Assembly (NCBI GenBank): GCA_020137815.1
Contig: CM035353.1
Coordinates: forward strand, 2,852,001 to 2,916,000
Length of the DNA stretch: 64,000 nt
Direction: 5' to 3'
Origin: Hormiphora californensis
Taxonomy: Eukaryota; Animalia; Ctenophora
How positions within the stretch are numbered: the stretch's first letter is position 1; each line of letters starts with the position of its first letter. The notes below the pieces were generated by a model, which worked only from the letters and a program-made list of their open reading frames with translations, searched no databases and was not told the DNA's origin. Both the position numbers and the translations under genes were made by a program. This document shows positions 62,286 through 64,000 of the stretch, piece by piece.

Positions 62286-63363
62286 CTGATCTCTCTCTCT
62301 CAATTAATATTTAATATATTGTATTACATTTAAGAACAATTCAATAAAGTGATCTGAGAAGAAATAGCTGAGAGCGGCTGAGAGAGAAAAGAGAAATAGG
62401 AGACTAATTGAACTTAGTAAGAGAGTTGTAAAAAAGAACAATAATTTCAGCAAGTAAAATATTTAAAACTGAAAAAGTGAGAACGACGGCGCCTAAATAG
62501 CAGAAGTATGCAGAGAAAAAACGAGTGCTGGTGTTTATAATAAAATTACAGGAAGTAATGGAGTTAAGGTTGTAAAATAAATGTGTGCAAAACAGAAGAA
62601 GTAGATGGAAGGAAGAAAGAGAAAGGAAAGATAAGTTTATTAATAAGTAAAAGAAAGAAAAGAGAGATGTTTAAAAGAGAGATGGTTAAATCAAACAGAT
62701 AGCTATATAGTGAATTAACTGAATACTCAAGTCAAACAATCACGCAACACAGCCGTGTGCGTGTGTGTGCGTGTGTGTAAAAAGTTAATAAAAATAGTTA
62801 CATGTGAGATGCAGCCACAGGTTAACATTATTGATCTCTGCTTTCTCTCTCTCTCTCTCTCACTCTCTCTCTCTCTCTCTTTCTCTCTTTTTCTCTCTCT
62901 CTCTTTTTCTCTATCTCTCTCTTTTTCTCTATCTTTCTCTCTCTATCTCTCCCTCTTTCTCTCTCTCAAATTTATTTCCTCTTTTCCTGTCGAACAGTAT
63001 TCAAAGAAGAAGTTAAATTTTCTCAATTTATAAAAAATAAGATGGAGAGATAGATCGAGGCATTAAATATATGGCGGTGGGTCAGCTAGGCTACTGCACA
63101 AAGGAAATGGAGGTAAAATTCTATTAGCAAAGACAAATCCGTTGTTTTCTTGCTGAACCGCAGCTTGTAAATAACGATTTATCTACACGATAAGAAGTAA
63201 ACGAGTTTGAAAGTTTCTCTCTCTCTCCTTTTATTTTACATGTATCTTCTTTTTACTCTTTTCCATTTTTCTCCAACAGCATATGAAGCAATAAAAAAGA
63301 AAAATTGAATTTTACGTTTTATAGCAGTCGTAGAAAACAGAAAATACAAGAGGAAGAGAGAGG

Positions 63364-63470
<107 letters not shown>

Positions 63471-64000
63471 GAGGAAAAGACTAATATATTAATACACAAC
63501 AACCGCTGTATGACTGGTGACTGGTGCGAAATTAATAAACTTTGAGCAATTTTAATAAGCTAGAAAATTAACCAACTCACAGTACTACAATCTATGTCAT
63601 ATAAATAGCAATTCTTTATAATATAGTCAGGGATGTAAAATTAACAGATTTTGATAATTTCTAACATAATATGGAGTGTAACAAAAAAGATGTTTTTGTT
63701 TGTTGATTTGTTTGATTGTTTGTCTTTGGAATCTGGGATATGCGTTTTAGTCCCTGTTTAGCACATTATAGATCAGGGATCAAATTTCAGAGTTTCTGCT
63801 TCTTTTCAATTCTCAAGTTGGTGATGAAATCCCCTATTATATTCGCAGGCTTCGTTTAGCCGCGCTTCGCGCGGCTAGTGTAAGGGGTGACTGTGTCACC
63901 AAATTCTCAAGTGTCATGTCAAGACTTCTTTGCGTTTGTGTAAAGTTGAGTGAAATGTGAATCAAGACAAGGGTTAGCTAATGTTCTAGCTAGCATAGCT

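Overview
This is eukaryotic (animal) genomic DNA, with spliceosomal introns, MITEs, LINEs and microsatellites. It is probably a ctenophore such as Pleurobrachia; this is inferred from recalling the 109-bp dispersed element in Pleurobrachia gene models and was not verified. I reconstructed gene models by hand from GT-AG junctions and intron-phase continuity. Six genes lie head-to-tail on the minus strand, listed here from high to low coordinates: a 10-finger C2H2 zinc-finger gene (61859-58073), a divergent homeobox gene (54635-33429), a frameshifted BTB-domain gene, NADH-cytochrome b5 reductase, prefoldin-3/VBP1 and a 21-exon mitofusin. Mitofusin introns host three nested genes. Two observations stand out. 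(1) The zinc-finger and homeobox genes begin with the same ~60-aa domain (32/57 identical, ungapped, with the same 56-nt first coding exon and phase-2 intron). It resembles the CstF-50 (CSTF1) LisH-like dimerisation domain, suggesting an undescribed dimerisation module shared between transcription-factor classes. (2) Exon-intron junctions are repeatedly amplified into tandem arrays of decoy splice sites, up to ~37 copies. Several single-base frameshifts in short C/G runs suggest assembly indel errors. There is no CRISPR array, and I recognised no rRNA or tRNA genes.
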